Shown piece after piece: positions 1 through 15,380 of a DNA stretch of 64,000 nucleotides. The translations under genes and the position numbers were made by a program. The notes under the pieces are model-generated. The model made no database searches. It saw only the letters and a list, made by a program, of their open reading frames with translations, and was not told the DNA's origin. Within the stretch, counting starts at the first letter, position 1. Every line of letters starts with the position of its first letter. Source of the DNA: the human T2T-CHM13v2.0 reference genome, Homo sapiens; assembly GCF_009914755.1 (NCBI RefSeq), contig NC_060947.1; one strand, 5' to 3'.

Positions 1-210
1 AATTTGCTGTTAGGGCATAGAAATGCCAGTGATTTTCGCATGTTGCTTTTCCATTCTGCAATTTTGCTGACTTTGTCTATTGGCTTTGAACGTTTTTTGG
101 TGCAGTGTATGCTAGGGTTTTTTTCCATGTGAGATCATGTCATCTGCAGGCAGAGATAATTGAGCTTCTTACTTTGCAATTTGGATGCCTTTTTTTTTCT
201 TTTTCTTAGA
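1..210 (-). mobile_element. Old L1 (L1M) ORF2 fragment
   Basis: gatcatgtcatctgc...ataattgagcttcttactttgcaatttggatgcc resembles the antisense of the L1 ORF2 RT region (ADDMI); heavily diverged. Confidence 0.65.
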
Positions 211-589
211 ATAGGTGATCAAATTGGCACGTGGCTGTGTGCCCACAAGGGTTGATTGGCCTGTGGGTATGGTGGTTTGGCAGGCCAGAGCTTTCCCACC
301 TCTCCCAGCCTCCCCAAGCCCACTGTCGTTTATTCAACGAAGCCGGAAGTCCAACCAATGGTCTAGGATACCCCAAAGATGCTCACCATCACTCACCTTA
401 AAGGTGCAAACTAAAATCAAAACTCAATTTACACACGGCAGGTTTGTGACTCTTAGAGAGCTTAACCATTCCGGGGGTAGGAGAGGTCCTGAGCAAACCA
501 GTGCATTTGCTCACTTGCTGGGGGAAAGGGGGAGGGCGGCCACTTGGGAGGGTAATTTGGCAGGATCCGTGAAACTCAACTTATGCATC

Positions 590-800
590 ATTCACTATGT
601 GCCTGGCTGTCTTCTGGGCCTTATCGCTACATGTTAACTCATACTCGGGACAGTTTTAGGTGGAAGTGCCTGCTATTGCCACCTTCTTACAGGTGGAGAA
701 GTGGGCACAGAGAGGTTCAGGACTTGCTCAAGGTCATTTGTTTGGCTGGTGGGTGTCAGCTGCAGGTCAGAAACCAGGCAGGTGGGCTCCATGGAGTTCG
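590..800 (-). mobile_element. MIR SINE fragment
   Basis: acaggtggagaagtgggcacagagaggttcaggacttgctcaaggtca resembles the MIR core. Confidence 0.5.
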
Positions 801-1424
801 TGCTTAGAGCTGAGCCTCCTAAAACTGCAAAACACATTTGCAAGGCTGTTAAATCCCACGACACCAGAAAGTGCCTGTAGTCGAGTAGACTTGCTTATCT
901 AGTCATATATTCCAGCCCCTTGATCCAGCCTCTTAAAGTCCATTCGCGGGGTATTTCCCTGTCTCCTGCCTGTACAGGCTATCTCTTGCTTGGCATATAA
1001 TCTCCATTCTCCCTTTATCCGGCTCAGCATCACCCAGCGAGGTGACAGAGAGCATATGGGGCAGCCCCTGAGGGAGGCACCCTTGGCTTTGTGGGGCCCA
1101 GGGCTGTGTAGCACCTACCAGCATGGGGTCCGGGGTAGCTCTTGCTAGGACAGGAAGGCTCACCTTTCACACACTCCATCCAGCCATCCCCATCCCATAG
1201 TTCAGGTGACTGGGTTTCTCCAAACACGGCCCTGACCTTAGCATAACAGGCCTGTGTTGCTTGAGGGTGCCATCATCTCTGGAGTTCTGTGTCATTTGCT
1301 ATCAAATTATGTTGATGTGGTGCTCCTCAGTTGTGTCTGCTCGTCTTCTGCAAGAGGTGAGGCTCTTCTTGGAAGCAACCAAAGAGGCCTTTTGGGTCTT
1401 ACACTACAATAAATACCTAACTTT

Positions 1425-1717
1425 GGCCCGGCGTGGCGGCTCACGCCTGTAATCCCAGCACTTTGGGAGGCTGAGGCCGGTGGATCACCTGAGGTTGGGA
1501 GTTCAAGACCAGCCTGACCAACATGGAGAAACCCTGTCTTTGCTAAAAATACAAAATTAGTCAGGCGTGGTGACTCATGCCTTTAATCCCAGCTACTCGG
1601 GAGGCTGGGGCAGGAGAATCACTTGAACCTGGGAGGCAGAGGTTTCAGTGAGCCAAGATCATGCCACTGCACTCCAGCCTGGATGGCAGAGTGAGACCCT
1701 GTCAAAAAAAAAAAAAA
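1425..1717 (+). mobile_element. Alu (AluS-like), full length
   Basis: Dimeric Alu with poly(A); TSD aaatacc(t/c)aacttt on both sides. Confidence 0.95.
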
Positions 1718-2020
1718 AAATACCCAACTTTTCAATGTCCAGACACTGACGGACATCTACAAGCACCAAGATCATCCAGGAAGACATGACCTCACCCAAC
1801 AAATTAAAGGACCAATCCTGGAGAAACAGAGAAAAGTGACCTTTCAGACAGAGAAGCCAAAATAGTTGTTTTGAGAAAACTCAAAGAAATTCAAGATAAC
1901 ACAGAGAAGGAATCAGAATTCTATCCAATAAATTTAACAAAAAGATTGAAATTAAAAAGAATGAAGAAATTCTAGAGTTGAAAATGCAATTGACATACTG
2001 AAGAATGAATCAAAATCTCT

Positions 2021-3557
2021 CTCTTTTTTTTTTAGTATTTATTGATCATTCTTGGGTGTTTCTCGCAGAGGGGGATTTGGCAGGGTCATAGGACAATAGT
2101 GGAGGGAAGGTCAGCAGATAAACAAGTGAACAAAGGTCTCTGGTTTTCCTAGGCAGAGGACCCTGCGGCCTTCCGCAGTGTTTGTGTCCCTGGGTACTTG
2201 AGATTAGGGAGTGGTGATGACTCTTAACGAGTATGCTGCCTTCAAGCATCTGTTTAACAAAGCACATCTTGCACCGCCCTTAATCCATTTAACCCTGAGT
2301 GGACACAGCACATGTTTCAGAGAGCACAGGGTTGGAGGTAAGGTTATAGATTAACAGCATCCCAAGGCAGAAGAATTTTTCTTAGTACAGAACAAAATGG
2401 AGTCTCCTATGTCTACTTCTTTCTACACAGACACAGCAACAATCTGATTTCTCTATCTTTTCCCCACATTTCCCCCTTTTCTATTTGACAAAACCGCCAT
2501 CATCATCATGGCCCCTTCTCAGTGAGCTGTTGGGTACACCTCCCAGACGGGGTGGCCGCCCGGCAGAGGGGTTCCTCACTTCCCAGAAGGGGCGGCCGGG
2601 CAGAGGCGCCCCCCACCTCCCGGATGGGGCGGCGGCCAGGCGGAGGCGCCCCCCTACCTCCCTCCCGGATGGGGCGGCTGGCCAGGCGGGGGCTGCTCCC
2701 CACCTCCCTCCGGGATGGGGCGGCTTGCCGGGTGGGGGCTGCCCCCCACCTCCTTCCCGGACGGGGCAGCTGGCCGGGTGGAGACGCTCCTCACTTCCCA
2801 GATGGGGCGGCTGCCAGGCGGAGGGGCGCCTCACTTCTCAGATGGGGCGGCCGGTCAGAGACGCTCCTCACCTCCCAGATGGGGTCGTGGCCGGGCAGAG
2901 GCGCTCCTCACATCCCAGACGGGGCGGCGGGACAGAGGCGCTCCCCACATCTCAGACAATGGGCGGCCGGGCAGAGACGCTCCTCACTTCCTAGATGGGA
3001 TGGCGGCCGGGAAGAGGCACTCCTCACTTCCCAGACTGGGCGGCCGGGCAGAGGGGCTCCTCACATCCCAGATGATGGGTGGCCAGGCAGAGACGCTCCT
3101 CACTTCCCAGACGGGGTGGCGGCAGGGTAGAGGCTGCAATCTCTGCACTTTGGGAGGCCAAGGCAGGCGGCTGGGAGGTGGAGGTTGTAGCGAGCCGAGA
3201 TCACGCCACTGCACTCCAGCCTGGACAACATTGAGCACTGAGTGAACGAGACTCCATCTGCAATCCCAGCACCTCAGGAGGCCGAGGCTGGCAGATCACT
3301 CGCAGTTAGGAGCTGGAGACCAGCCCGGCCAACACAGCGAAACCCCGTCTCCACCAAAAAAATACGAAAACCAGTCAGGCATGGTGGCGTGCACCTGCAA
3401 TCCCAGGCACGCGGCAGGCTGAGGCAGGAGAATCAGGCAGGGAGGTTGCAGTGAGCCGAGATGGCGGCAGTACAGTCCAGCTTCGGCTCGGCATCAGAGG
3501 GAGACCGTGGAGAGAGAAGGAGAGGGAGACCATGGGGAGAGGGAGAGGGAGAGGGAG
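2021..3557 (-). mobile_element. Full-length SVA retrotransposon (older SVA_B/C-like)
   Basis: Reading the minus strand: (CCCTCT)n at 3535-3557, Alu-like domain, GC-rich VNTR ~2540-3130, SINE-R ~2040-2540, short poly(A); perfect 12-bp TSD atcaaaatctct at 2009-2020 and 3558-3569. Confidence 0.96.
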
Positions 3558-4293
3558 ATCAAAATCTCTTAATAGCAGAATTGGTCAACTAGAAGAAAGA
3601 ATCAGTGAGCTTGAAGACAGGATGTTTGAAAATACACAGTCAGAGGAGACAAAAGAAAAAGTCAGAGGAGACAAAAGAAAAAAAAGAATAAAAAACAATG
3701 AGGCAGAAATAAATGAATTTGAAATGAAGAAAATAACAAAAAAGATCAACAACAGAAAAAGTTGGTTTTTCTTTTGACAAACCTTTAGCCAAACTAATAA
3801 AGAAAAAAGAGAGAAGACCCAAATATATAAAATCAGAGGTGAAAAAGTAGACATTACAACTGATACTGCAGAAATTCAAAGAATTATTAACAGCCATGAG
3901 TAACTATTTGCCAATCAATTGGAAAATCTGGAAGAAATAGACAAATTCCTAGACACATACAACCTACGAGGATTGAACCATGAAGAAATCCAAAACCTGA
4001 ACAGACCAATAACAAGCAATGAGATCAAAGCTGTAATAAAAAGTCTCCCAGTAAAGAAAAGCCCAGGACCTGATGGCTTCACTACTGAATTCTACCAAAC
4101 ACTTAAAGAAGAACTAATATCAATCCATTCAAACTATTCCAAAAAATGGAGGAGGAGGGAATACTTTCGAACTAATTCTATGAGGCCAGTATTACCCTGA
4201 TACCAAAACCAGACAAAGACACATCAAAAAAAGAAAACTACAGGCCAATTTCTCTAATGAATATTGATGCAAAAATCCTCTACAAAATACTAG

Positions 4294-4726
<433 letters not shown>

Positions 4727-7174
4727 GAAACTATATGATCTTTTTAACTGATGCTTAAAAAGCATTTGATAAAATTAAACATCCCTTCATGATAAAAACC
4801 CTTAAAAAACTGGGTATAGAAGGAACATACCTCAATATAATAAAAGCCATATATGACAGATCTACAGCTAGTACCATACTGAATGGGGAAAAGCTGAAAG
4901 CCTTTCCTCCAAGATCTGGAACATGACAAAGATGGTGCCCACTTTCACCTCTGTTATTCAACACAGTACTTGAAGTCTTAGCTAGAGCAATCAGACAGGA
5001 GAAAGAAATAAAGGGCATAGAAATTAGAAAGGAAGAAGTCAAATTATCCTTGTTTGTGGATGATATGATCTTATATTTGGAAAAACCTAGACTCCTTCAA
5101 AAAACTATTAGAACTGATAAACAAATTAAGTAAAGTTGCAGGATACTAAATCAACATACAAAAATCCGTAGCAGTTCTATATGCCAACAACAAACAATCT
5201 GAAGAAGAAATCAACAAAGTAATCCCATTCACAATAGCCACGAATAAAATTAAACACCTAGGAATTAACCAAAGAAGTGAAAAATCTGTATAATAAAAAC
5301 AATAAAACACTTATGAAACAAATTGAAGAGAACACAAAAAAAGGAAAAATATTTCATGTTGATGGTTTGGAAGAATCAATATTGTTAAAATATCCATATT
5401 ACTCAAAGCAATCTACAGATTCAATGCAATTTCTATCAAAATGCCAAAGACATTCTTCACAGAAATAGAAAAAACAATCCTAAAAATTATGTGGAACCAC
5501 AAAACACCCAGAATAGCCAAAGTAAGCCTAAGTAAGAAGAAAGAAACTGGAGGAATCACATTACCTGACTTCAGATTGTACTACAGAACTATAGTCAGCA
5601 AAACAGCATGGTACTGGCATAAAAACAGACACATAGACCAATGGAACTGAATAGAGAACCCAGAGACAAATCCACACACCTACAGTGAAATCATTTTTGA
5701 CAAAACTTCCAAGAACATACACTGGGGAAAAGACAGTCTCTTCAGTAAATGGTGCTGCAAAAACTGAATATCCATATGCAGAGGAATGAAACTCGACCCC
5801 TATGTCTCACCATATACAAAAGCCAAATCAAAATGGATTAAATACTTAAATCTAAGACCCCACACTATGAAACTACTAAAAGAAAACATGGAGGAAACTC
5901 TCCAGGACGTTGGAGTGGGCAAAGGTTTCTTGAGTAATACCTCAGAAGCACAGGCAGCCAAAGCATAAATGAACAAATGGGATCACATCAAGTTAAAAAG
6001 CTTCTGCACAGCAAAGGAAAAAACCAACAAAGTGAAGAGACACCCCGCAGAATGGGAGAAAATATCTGCAAACTACTGATCTGAAAAGGAAAAGTATGTG
6101 AGTTATATACTCTTATAATTAGAGCATATAAGGAGCTCAAACTCTGTAGAGCAAAACTCTACAGGAAAAAAATCTAATAATCCATTGAAAAACTGGACAA
6201 AAGATCTGGATAGACATTTCTCAAAAGAAGACATAAAAATAGCAAACAAGTATATGAAAAGGTGCTTACCATCATTGATCCTCAGATAAATGCAAATCAA
6301 AACTACAATATCATCTCACCCTAGTTTAAATGGCTTTTATTCAAAAGACAGGCAGTAACAAATACTGGGAAGGGTATGGTGAAAAGGGAACCCATGTACA
6401 TTTTTTGAGGGAATGTAAATCAGTATAACCACCATGGAGAGCAGTTTGGAGCTTCCTCAAACAACTAAAAATAGAGCTCCCATATGATCCAGCAACCCCA
6501 CTGCTGGGTATATGCCCATAAGAAGGGAAATCAGTATATTGAAAAGATATCTGCACTCCCATGTTTGTTGCAGCATTATTCACAATAGCCAAGATTTGGG
6601 AGCAACCCAAGAGTCCATCAACAGATGAATGGATAAAGAAAATGTGGCACTCATACACAATGGAGTACTATTCAGCCATAAAAAGGAATGAGAGCTCGTC
6701 GTTTGCACCAACATGGATAGAACTGGAGTTCATTATATTAAGTGAAATAAGTCAGGCACAGAAAGACAAACATCTCATGTTGTCACTTATTTGTGGTATC
6801 TAAAAATCAAAACAATTTAACTCCTGGACACAGAGTAGAAGGATGGTTACCATAGGCTGGAAAGGGTAGTGGGGGTCAAGGGGGAGAGGTAGGGATGGTA
6901 ATGGTTATGCAAAAATAGTTGGAAACAGTGAATAATAGCTACTACTCGATAGCACAAATAGGGACACTATAGCCAATAATAACTTAGTTGTACATTTTAA
7001 AATAACTAAGAGAGTATAATTGGATTGTTGCTAACACAAAGGATAAATGCTTGAGGGGACAGATACCCCATTTTCCATGATGTGATTATTATGCATTGCA
7101 TGCCTCTATCAAAATGTCTCATGTACCCCATAAGTATATATACCTACTGTGTAGCCACAAAAATTTAAAAAGTG

Positions 7175-7890
7175 CAATCTATACGAAAAAAGTTTCTACA
7201 AAGAACTTACATCATATTTTGTGGAGAAATGTTGAGAGGATTTGATTTAAGATCAGGAATAAAACTAGGATGTCTGCTCTCACCACTTGTATTCAGCATT
7301 GTACTCAAGCACCTAGACAGCACAGTATGGCAAGAAAAAATACATGGAAAGCAAAGAATTGAAAAATAAAGGAGTATAATCTCTCATTATTTGTGAATGA
7401 CTTGATTGTGTCAATATAAAAGTCAAATGAAATCTATGGAGAAATTATAGGAATTAGTGAAAGTATTTAGCAGAGTTGTTTCATAGTCAGTATGCAGAAA
7501 TCAATTTTATTTCTAAGTAGCATGAATACAAAAAATAAATTTTAAAGTCCAATTTATGATAATATCTAAATTACTTAAATTACATCAGAATAAATCTGGT
7601 AAAAGATATACATGATCTCTCTGAGGAAAATAATAAAACTTTATTGAAAAATTTATCCAAAAGGAGGACTATTCTATGTCTTCAGATTGGAAGAGTCGAA
7701 TTTATAAAGATGTCAATACACTCCAAATTGGTCTATAGATTCAATGCAATCCCAATCAAAACACCAACAGGATATTTGTGGAACTTGATAAACTTATTCT
7801 AAAATGTATATGGAAGTGCAAAGAGCCAAGAATGGCCAAGATTCTCTCATGAAGAAGAACAAGGTGGGAGGACTCGCTCTAAAAGATGAC
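7175..7890 (+). mobile_element. Ancient L1 (L1M/L1ME-like) ORF2 fragment
   Basis: Degenerate RT motifs (SGIKLGCLLSPLVFSIVL; tatagattcaatgcaatcccaatcaaaa). Confidence 0.75.
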
Positions 7891-9400
7891 AAGTTCATAT
7901 GGAACCAAAAAAGAGCCCGCATTGCCAAGACAATCTTAAGCCAATAGAACAAAGCTGGAAGCATCACGCTACCTGACTTCAAAGTATACTACAGTAACCA
8001 AAACAGCATAGTACTGCTACCAAAACAGATATATAGATAGACCAATGGAACAGAACAGAGTCCTCAGAAATAATACCACACATCTACAACCATCTGATCT
8101 TTGACAAACCTGACAAAAACAAGAAATGGGGAAAGGAGTCCCTATTTAATAAATGGTGCTGGGAAAACTGGCTAGCCATATGGAGAAAGTTGAAAGTGGA
8201 TCCCTTCCTTACACCTTATACAAAAATTAATTCGAGATGGATTAAAGACTTAAATGTTAGACCTAAAACCATAAAAACCCTAGAATAAAACCTAGGAAAT
8301 ACCATTCAGGACATAGGCATGGGCAAGGACTTCATGTCTAAAACACCAAAAGCAATGGCAACAAAAGCCAAAATTGACAAATGGGATCTAATTAAACTAA
8401 ACAGCTTCTGCATGGCAAAAGAAACTATCATCAGAGTGAACATGCAACCTACAGAATGGGAGAAAATCTTTGCAATCTACCCATCTGACAAAGGGCTATT
8501 ACCCAGAATCTACAAAGAAAGTAAACAAATTTACAAGAAAAAAACAGACAACCCCATGAAAAAGTGGGCAAAGTATATGAACAGACACTTCTCAAAAGAA
8601 GACATTTATGCAGCCAGCAGACACATGAAAAAATGCTCATCATCACTGGTCATCAGAGAAATGTGAATCAAAGCCACAATGAGACACCATCTCATGCAAG
8701 TTGGAATGACAATAATTTAAGTCAGGAAACAACAGGTGCTGGAGAGGATGTGGAGAAATAGGAACACTTTTACACTGTTGGTGGGACTGTACACTAGTTC
8801 AACCATTGTGGAAGACAGTGTGGCAATCCCTCAAGGATCTAGAACTAGAAATACCATTTGACCCAGCCATCCCATTACTGGGTATATACCCAAAGGATTA
8901 TAAATCATGCTGCTATAAAGACACATGCACACGTATGTTTATTGCGGCACTATTCACAGTAGCAAAGACTTGGAACCAACCCAAATGTCCATCAATGATA
9001 GACTGGATTAAGCAAATGTGGCACATATACACCATGGAATACTATGCAGCCATAAAAAAGGATGAGTTCATGTCCTTTGCAGGGATATGGATGAAGCTGG
9101 AAACCATCATTCTCAGCAAACTATCACAAGGACAGAAAACCAAACACCACATGTTCTCACTCATAGGTGGGAACTGAACAATGAGAACACTTGGACACAA
9201 GGCAGGGAACATCACACACTGGGGCCTGTCGGGGGTGGGGACTGGGGGAGAGACAGCATTAGTAGAAATACCTAATGTAAATGACGAGTTGACGGGTTCA
9301 GCAAACCAACATGGCACATGTATGCCTATGTAACAAACCTGCACATTTTGCATGTGTACCCTAGAACTTAAAGTATAATAATAAAAATAAAAGAAAAGAA
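7891..9400 (+). mobile_element. 5'-truncated L1PA (about PA6/7)
   Basis: ORF2 C-terminus ([16 protein letters not shown]; ...HHMFSLIGGN), L1PA 3' UTR and A-rich tail at 9375-9400; no left TSD found. Confidence 0.92.
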
Positions 9401-9458
9401 AAGTTTATGGGGACAGTATTCCAAATAAATCACCAGTTTACAAATTGATAAATCTTTT
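9398..9458 (+). mobile_element. HSMAR2 mariner transposon, upstream fragment
   Basis: aaagtttatggggacagtattccaaataaatcaccagtttacaaattgata reads as the mariner HTH region and continues at 12416 after the L1PB insertion. Confidence 0.75.
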
Positions 9459-9760
9459 ACTTATTTTTTTTTTCATTTCCATAGGTTTTTGGGGAACAGA
9501 TGGTGTTTGGTTACATAAATAAGTTCTTTACTGGTGATTTCTGAGATTTTGGTGCACCCCTCACCTGAGCAGTATACACTGTACCCAATTTGGAGTCTTT
9601 TATCCCTCACCCCCTGCCACCCTTTCCCCCAAGTCCCCAAAGTCGATTGTATAATTCTTATGCCTTTGTATTCTCATAGCTTAGCTCCCACTTATGCGTG
9701 AGAACATGCAATGTTTAGATTTCCATTCCTGAGTTACTTCACTTAGAATAATGGTCTCCA

Positions 9761-10113
<353 letters not shown>

Positions 10114-10152
10114 TTATTTTTGATCCTTCTTATGGCTGAGTAGTATTTCATG

Positions 10153-11127
10153 GTATATATATACACACACACATATATATACATATATACACATATATAC
10201 ATATATACATATGTGTATATACACGTGTGTATATATGTATATACACGTGTGTATATATACCATGAAATACTACTCAGTATACATATATACACATATATGT
10301 ATATATCGACATATGTACATATATACACATGTGTATATATGTATACGTATATACACACGTGTGTATGTGCATATATACACGTGTGTATATATGTATACGT
10401 ATATACATACGTGTGTATGTGCATATATACACGTATGTGCACACATATACATGTATGTGTGCACATGTACATGTATGTGCACACATGTACATGTATGTGT
10501 ACGTGTGTATATGCATGTACAGATATGTGTATACATATGTGCAAATACATGTACATATATGCACACACATGTACATATGCATATATGTACGTGCGTATAT
10601 ACATATGTGCATATATACATATATGTGTTTATATGTACATATGTACATATATGTGTATATATACAATGTACATATGTGTGTATATACACATATGTGTGTA
10701 TGTGTATACGTATATACATATGTGCATATATACCTATAGGTATATATGCATACATATATACCTATAGGTATATATGCATACATATATACCTATAGGTATA
10801 TATGCATACATATATACCTATAGGTATATATGCATACATATATACATATATACATTTATATACATTTAAATACAGGTATACCTATATACATATATACATA
10901 TGTGTGTATATATGTATATGCATATGTGTATATATGTATACGTGTATATATGTATATGTGTATATATGTATATGTGTATATATGTATGTATATACATATT
11001 TGTGTATATGTATGTATATACATATTTGTGTATATGTATGTATATACATATGCGAGTATGTGTATGTATATACATATGTGTGTATGTGTATGTATATACA
11101 TATGTATGCATATACATATATGTATAG
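10153..11127. repeat. ~1-kb compound (TA/CA/TG) alternating purine-pyrimidine low-complexity repeat
   Basis: Directly visible; includes 4 copies of the 28-bp unit atatatacctataggtatatatgcatac at ~10726-10837. Confidence 0.97.
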
Positions 11128-12415
11128 AAATATCCACTTGTTGGATTCTTTATCCACTTGTTGATTGATGGACATTTGGGCTCGTTCCATATTTCTGCAA
11201 TTGCATATTTTGCTGCTATAAACATGCAAGTGCAAGTATCTTTTTTGTATAAAGACTTCTTTTCCTCTAGTTAGATACCCAGTAGTGGCATTGCTGGATC
11301 AAATGGTAGTTCTACTTTTAGTTCTTAAAGGAATCTCTACACTGTTTTCCATAGTGGCTGTACTAGTTTACATTCCCACCAGCAGTGTAAAAGTGATCTC
11401 TTTTTACAGCATCTCTGCAAACATCTGTTATTTTTTACTTTTTTTAGTATGGCCATTCTTGCAGGAGTAAGGTGATATCACACTGTGGTTTTGATTTGCA
11501 TTTCCCTGTTCATTAGTGATATTGAGCATTTTTTTCATATGCTTGTTGGCCATTTGTATATCTTCTTTTGAGAATTGTCTATTCATGTCCTTAGCCCATG
11601 TTTTGATGGGGTCGTTTGTTTTTTCTTGCTGATTTGTTTGAGTTCCTTGTAGATTCTGGATATTAGTCCTTTGTCAGATGCATAGATTGTGAAGATTTTC
11701 TCCCACTTTTTTGTCTGTTTACTCTGCTGATTGTTTCTTTTGCTATGTGGAAGCTTTTCAGTTTAATTAAATCCCATCTATTTATCTTTGTTTTTGTTGC
11801 ATTTGCTTTTGGGTTCTTGGTCATGAAGTCTTTGCCTAAGCCAATGTCCAGGAAGGTTTTTCTGAGGTTATCTTCTAGAATATTTACGGTTTCAGGTCAT
11901 AGATTTAAGTCCTTGATCCATCTTGAGTTGATTTTTGTATAAAATGAAAGATGAGGATCAAGTTTCATTCTTCTACATGTGGCTTGCCAATTTCCCCAGC
12001 ACCATTTGTTGAATAGGGTGTCCTTTCCCCACTTTATGTTTTTGTTTGCTTTGTCAAAGATCAGTTGGCTGTAAGTGTTTGACTTTATTTCTGGGTTCGC
12101 TATTCTGTTCCATTGGTCTATGTCGTTATTTTTATACCAGTACCATGCTGTTTTGGTGACTATGGCCTTATAGCATAGTTTGAAGTTGGGTAATGTGATG
12201 CCTCCAGATTTGTTCTTTTGGCTTAGTCTTGCTTTGACTATGTGGGCTCTTCTTTTTTGGTTCCATATGAATTTTGGAATTGGTTTTTCTAGTTCTGTGA
12301 AGAATGATGGTGGTATTTTGAGGGGAATTCCATTGAATTTGGAGATTGCTTTTGGCAGTAGGGTCATTTTCACGATAATGATTCTACCCATCCATGAGCA
12401 TGGGATGTGTTTCTC

Positions 12416-13734
<1,319 letters not shown>

Positions 13735-14077
13735 TTTTACTTTTTACAAGCTCTTATTCTCTGTTCCCATTTTAAAGCATGTATGCAGAATCTTCTCTCA
13801 TTTATCTAGGATAGCAATTAGAGGTTTTGTCATTTATGGTTTAAATTTTTTTCTATTCCCCATATTGTGTGAAAATTTCCTCTGGATTCTCCTTTTCTGT
13901 TTGTCTTGATCCTGTAATTTTGGAGACCTTCCCAAATATCATGGGATCCCTGGTATTCTACTAATATTAAAATTTGAAGCACTAAAATGCTGACTGAAAG
14001 TTCTATTAATGTATATAGTGTCTGATCACAAACTCTTCCACCACACACTGCTTAGTGATTCCCAATTTGGAGTCTTC

Positions 14078-14081
14078 TTTT

Positions 14082-14141
<60 letters not shown>

Positions 14142-14143
14142 TT
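14078..14143. repeat. (CTTT)n tetranucleotide microsatellite
   Basis: About 15 tandem units. Confidence 0.97.
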
Positions 14144-14825
14144 ACATTAAAAATTTTTTATTGTGAAAAGTCATGTGTATACACGTGATCACAGAACATA
14201 AATTGATATATCAATGAATTATCATGAAGCAAATACCTTTGTAATCAACACACAGGTCAAGAAATAGAACATTACCAGCACTCAGATGCTTCCCCTGTGT
14301 CTCTTCTCAATCACTTCATCTTCTGCTTTACCCCAAAGTAATAACTATCCTAAAATTTATGGTTATCACTTCTTTTTTGTTCTTTAGAGTCTTACCACCA
14401 GTAAAGAGCATTTTTGAACATTACAGCAAGTTTTTATTTTTTAACTTGGAATCTTATGGCATATGTGATTGTGGGTTTGGATTGTATGGTAGGCAGAATA
14501 ATGGCCCCTTAAATGTCTACATTTTAATCCTTGGAACTTGTGGCAATGTTTGGTTACCTGACAAATGGGAATTGAGATAGCAGGTGGAATTAAGGCTGCT
14601 GTTCAGTTGACCTTAAGATAGGAAGATTATTTTGGATTATCTGGGTGGGCTCAATGTAATCACAAGGGTCCTTAAAAGTGAAAGAAGGAAGCAGAAGAGG
14701 GAGAATCATAGAGACGGTAGCATAAGAAAGATTCAGTACAGCTTTGTTGGCTTTGAAGAAGGAGGAAGGGGGCCACAATCCAAGGAATGCAGAAGACCTC
14801 TAGAAGCTGAAGCCAAGAAAACATA

Positions 14826-15231
14826 CTGGATTAAGAAAATGTGGCACATATACACCATGGAATACTATGCAGCCATAAAAAAGGATGACTTCATATCCTT
14901 TGTAGGGACATGGATGAAGCTGGAAACCATCATTCTCAGCAAACTATTGCAAGGACAAAAAAACCAAACACCACATGTTCTCACTCATAGGTGGGAATTG
15001 AACAATGAGAACACTTGGACACAGGAAGAGGAACATCACACGCTGGGGCCTGTCGTGGGGTTGGGGGAGGGTGGAGGGTTAGCATTAGGAGATATACCTA
15101 ATGTAAATGACCAGTTAATGGGTGCAGCACACCAACATGTCGCATGTATACATATGTAACAAACTTGCACGTTGTGCACATGTACCCTAGAACTTAAAGT
15201 ATAATAAAAAAAAGAAAGAAACAAGCAAAAA
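14826..15231 (+). mobile_element. Short 5'-truncated L1PA 3' end
   Basis: ORF2 end plus 3' UTR and A tail; perfect TSD aagaaaacata at 14815-14825 and 15232-15242. Confidence 0.93.
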
Positions 15232-15380
15232 AAGAAAACATATTCTTCCCTAGAGCCTCCAGAAGGAACACAGCCCTACCAACACCTTGATTTCAGTCCA
15301 GTGAGATCAGTGTTAGACTTCTGATCTCCAGAGATGTAAGATAATAAATTTGTATTAAATACTTAGTTTGTGGTTATTTA

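Noticed and set aside
2481-3777. Long GC-rich ORFs of up to 202 aa
   Set aside because: They are translations of the SVA VNTR and Alu-like domain
10726-10837. CRISPR-like array of 28-bp palindromic repeats
   Set aside because: No spacers and a eukaryotic context; it is a minisatellite inside a simple repeat
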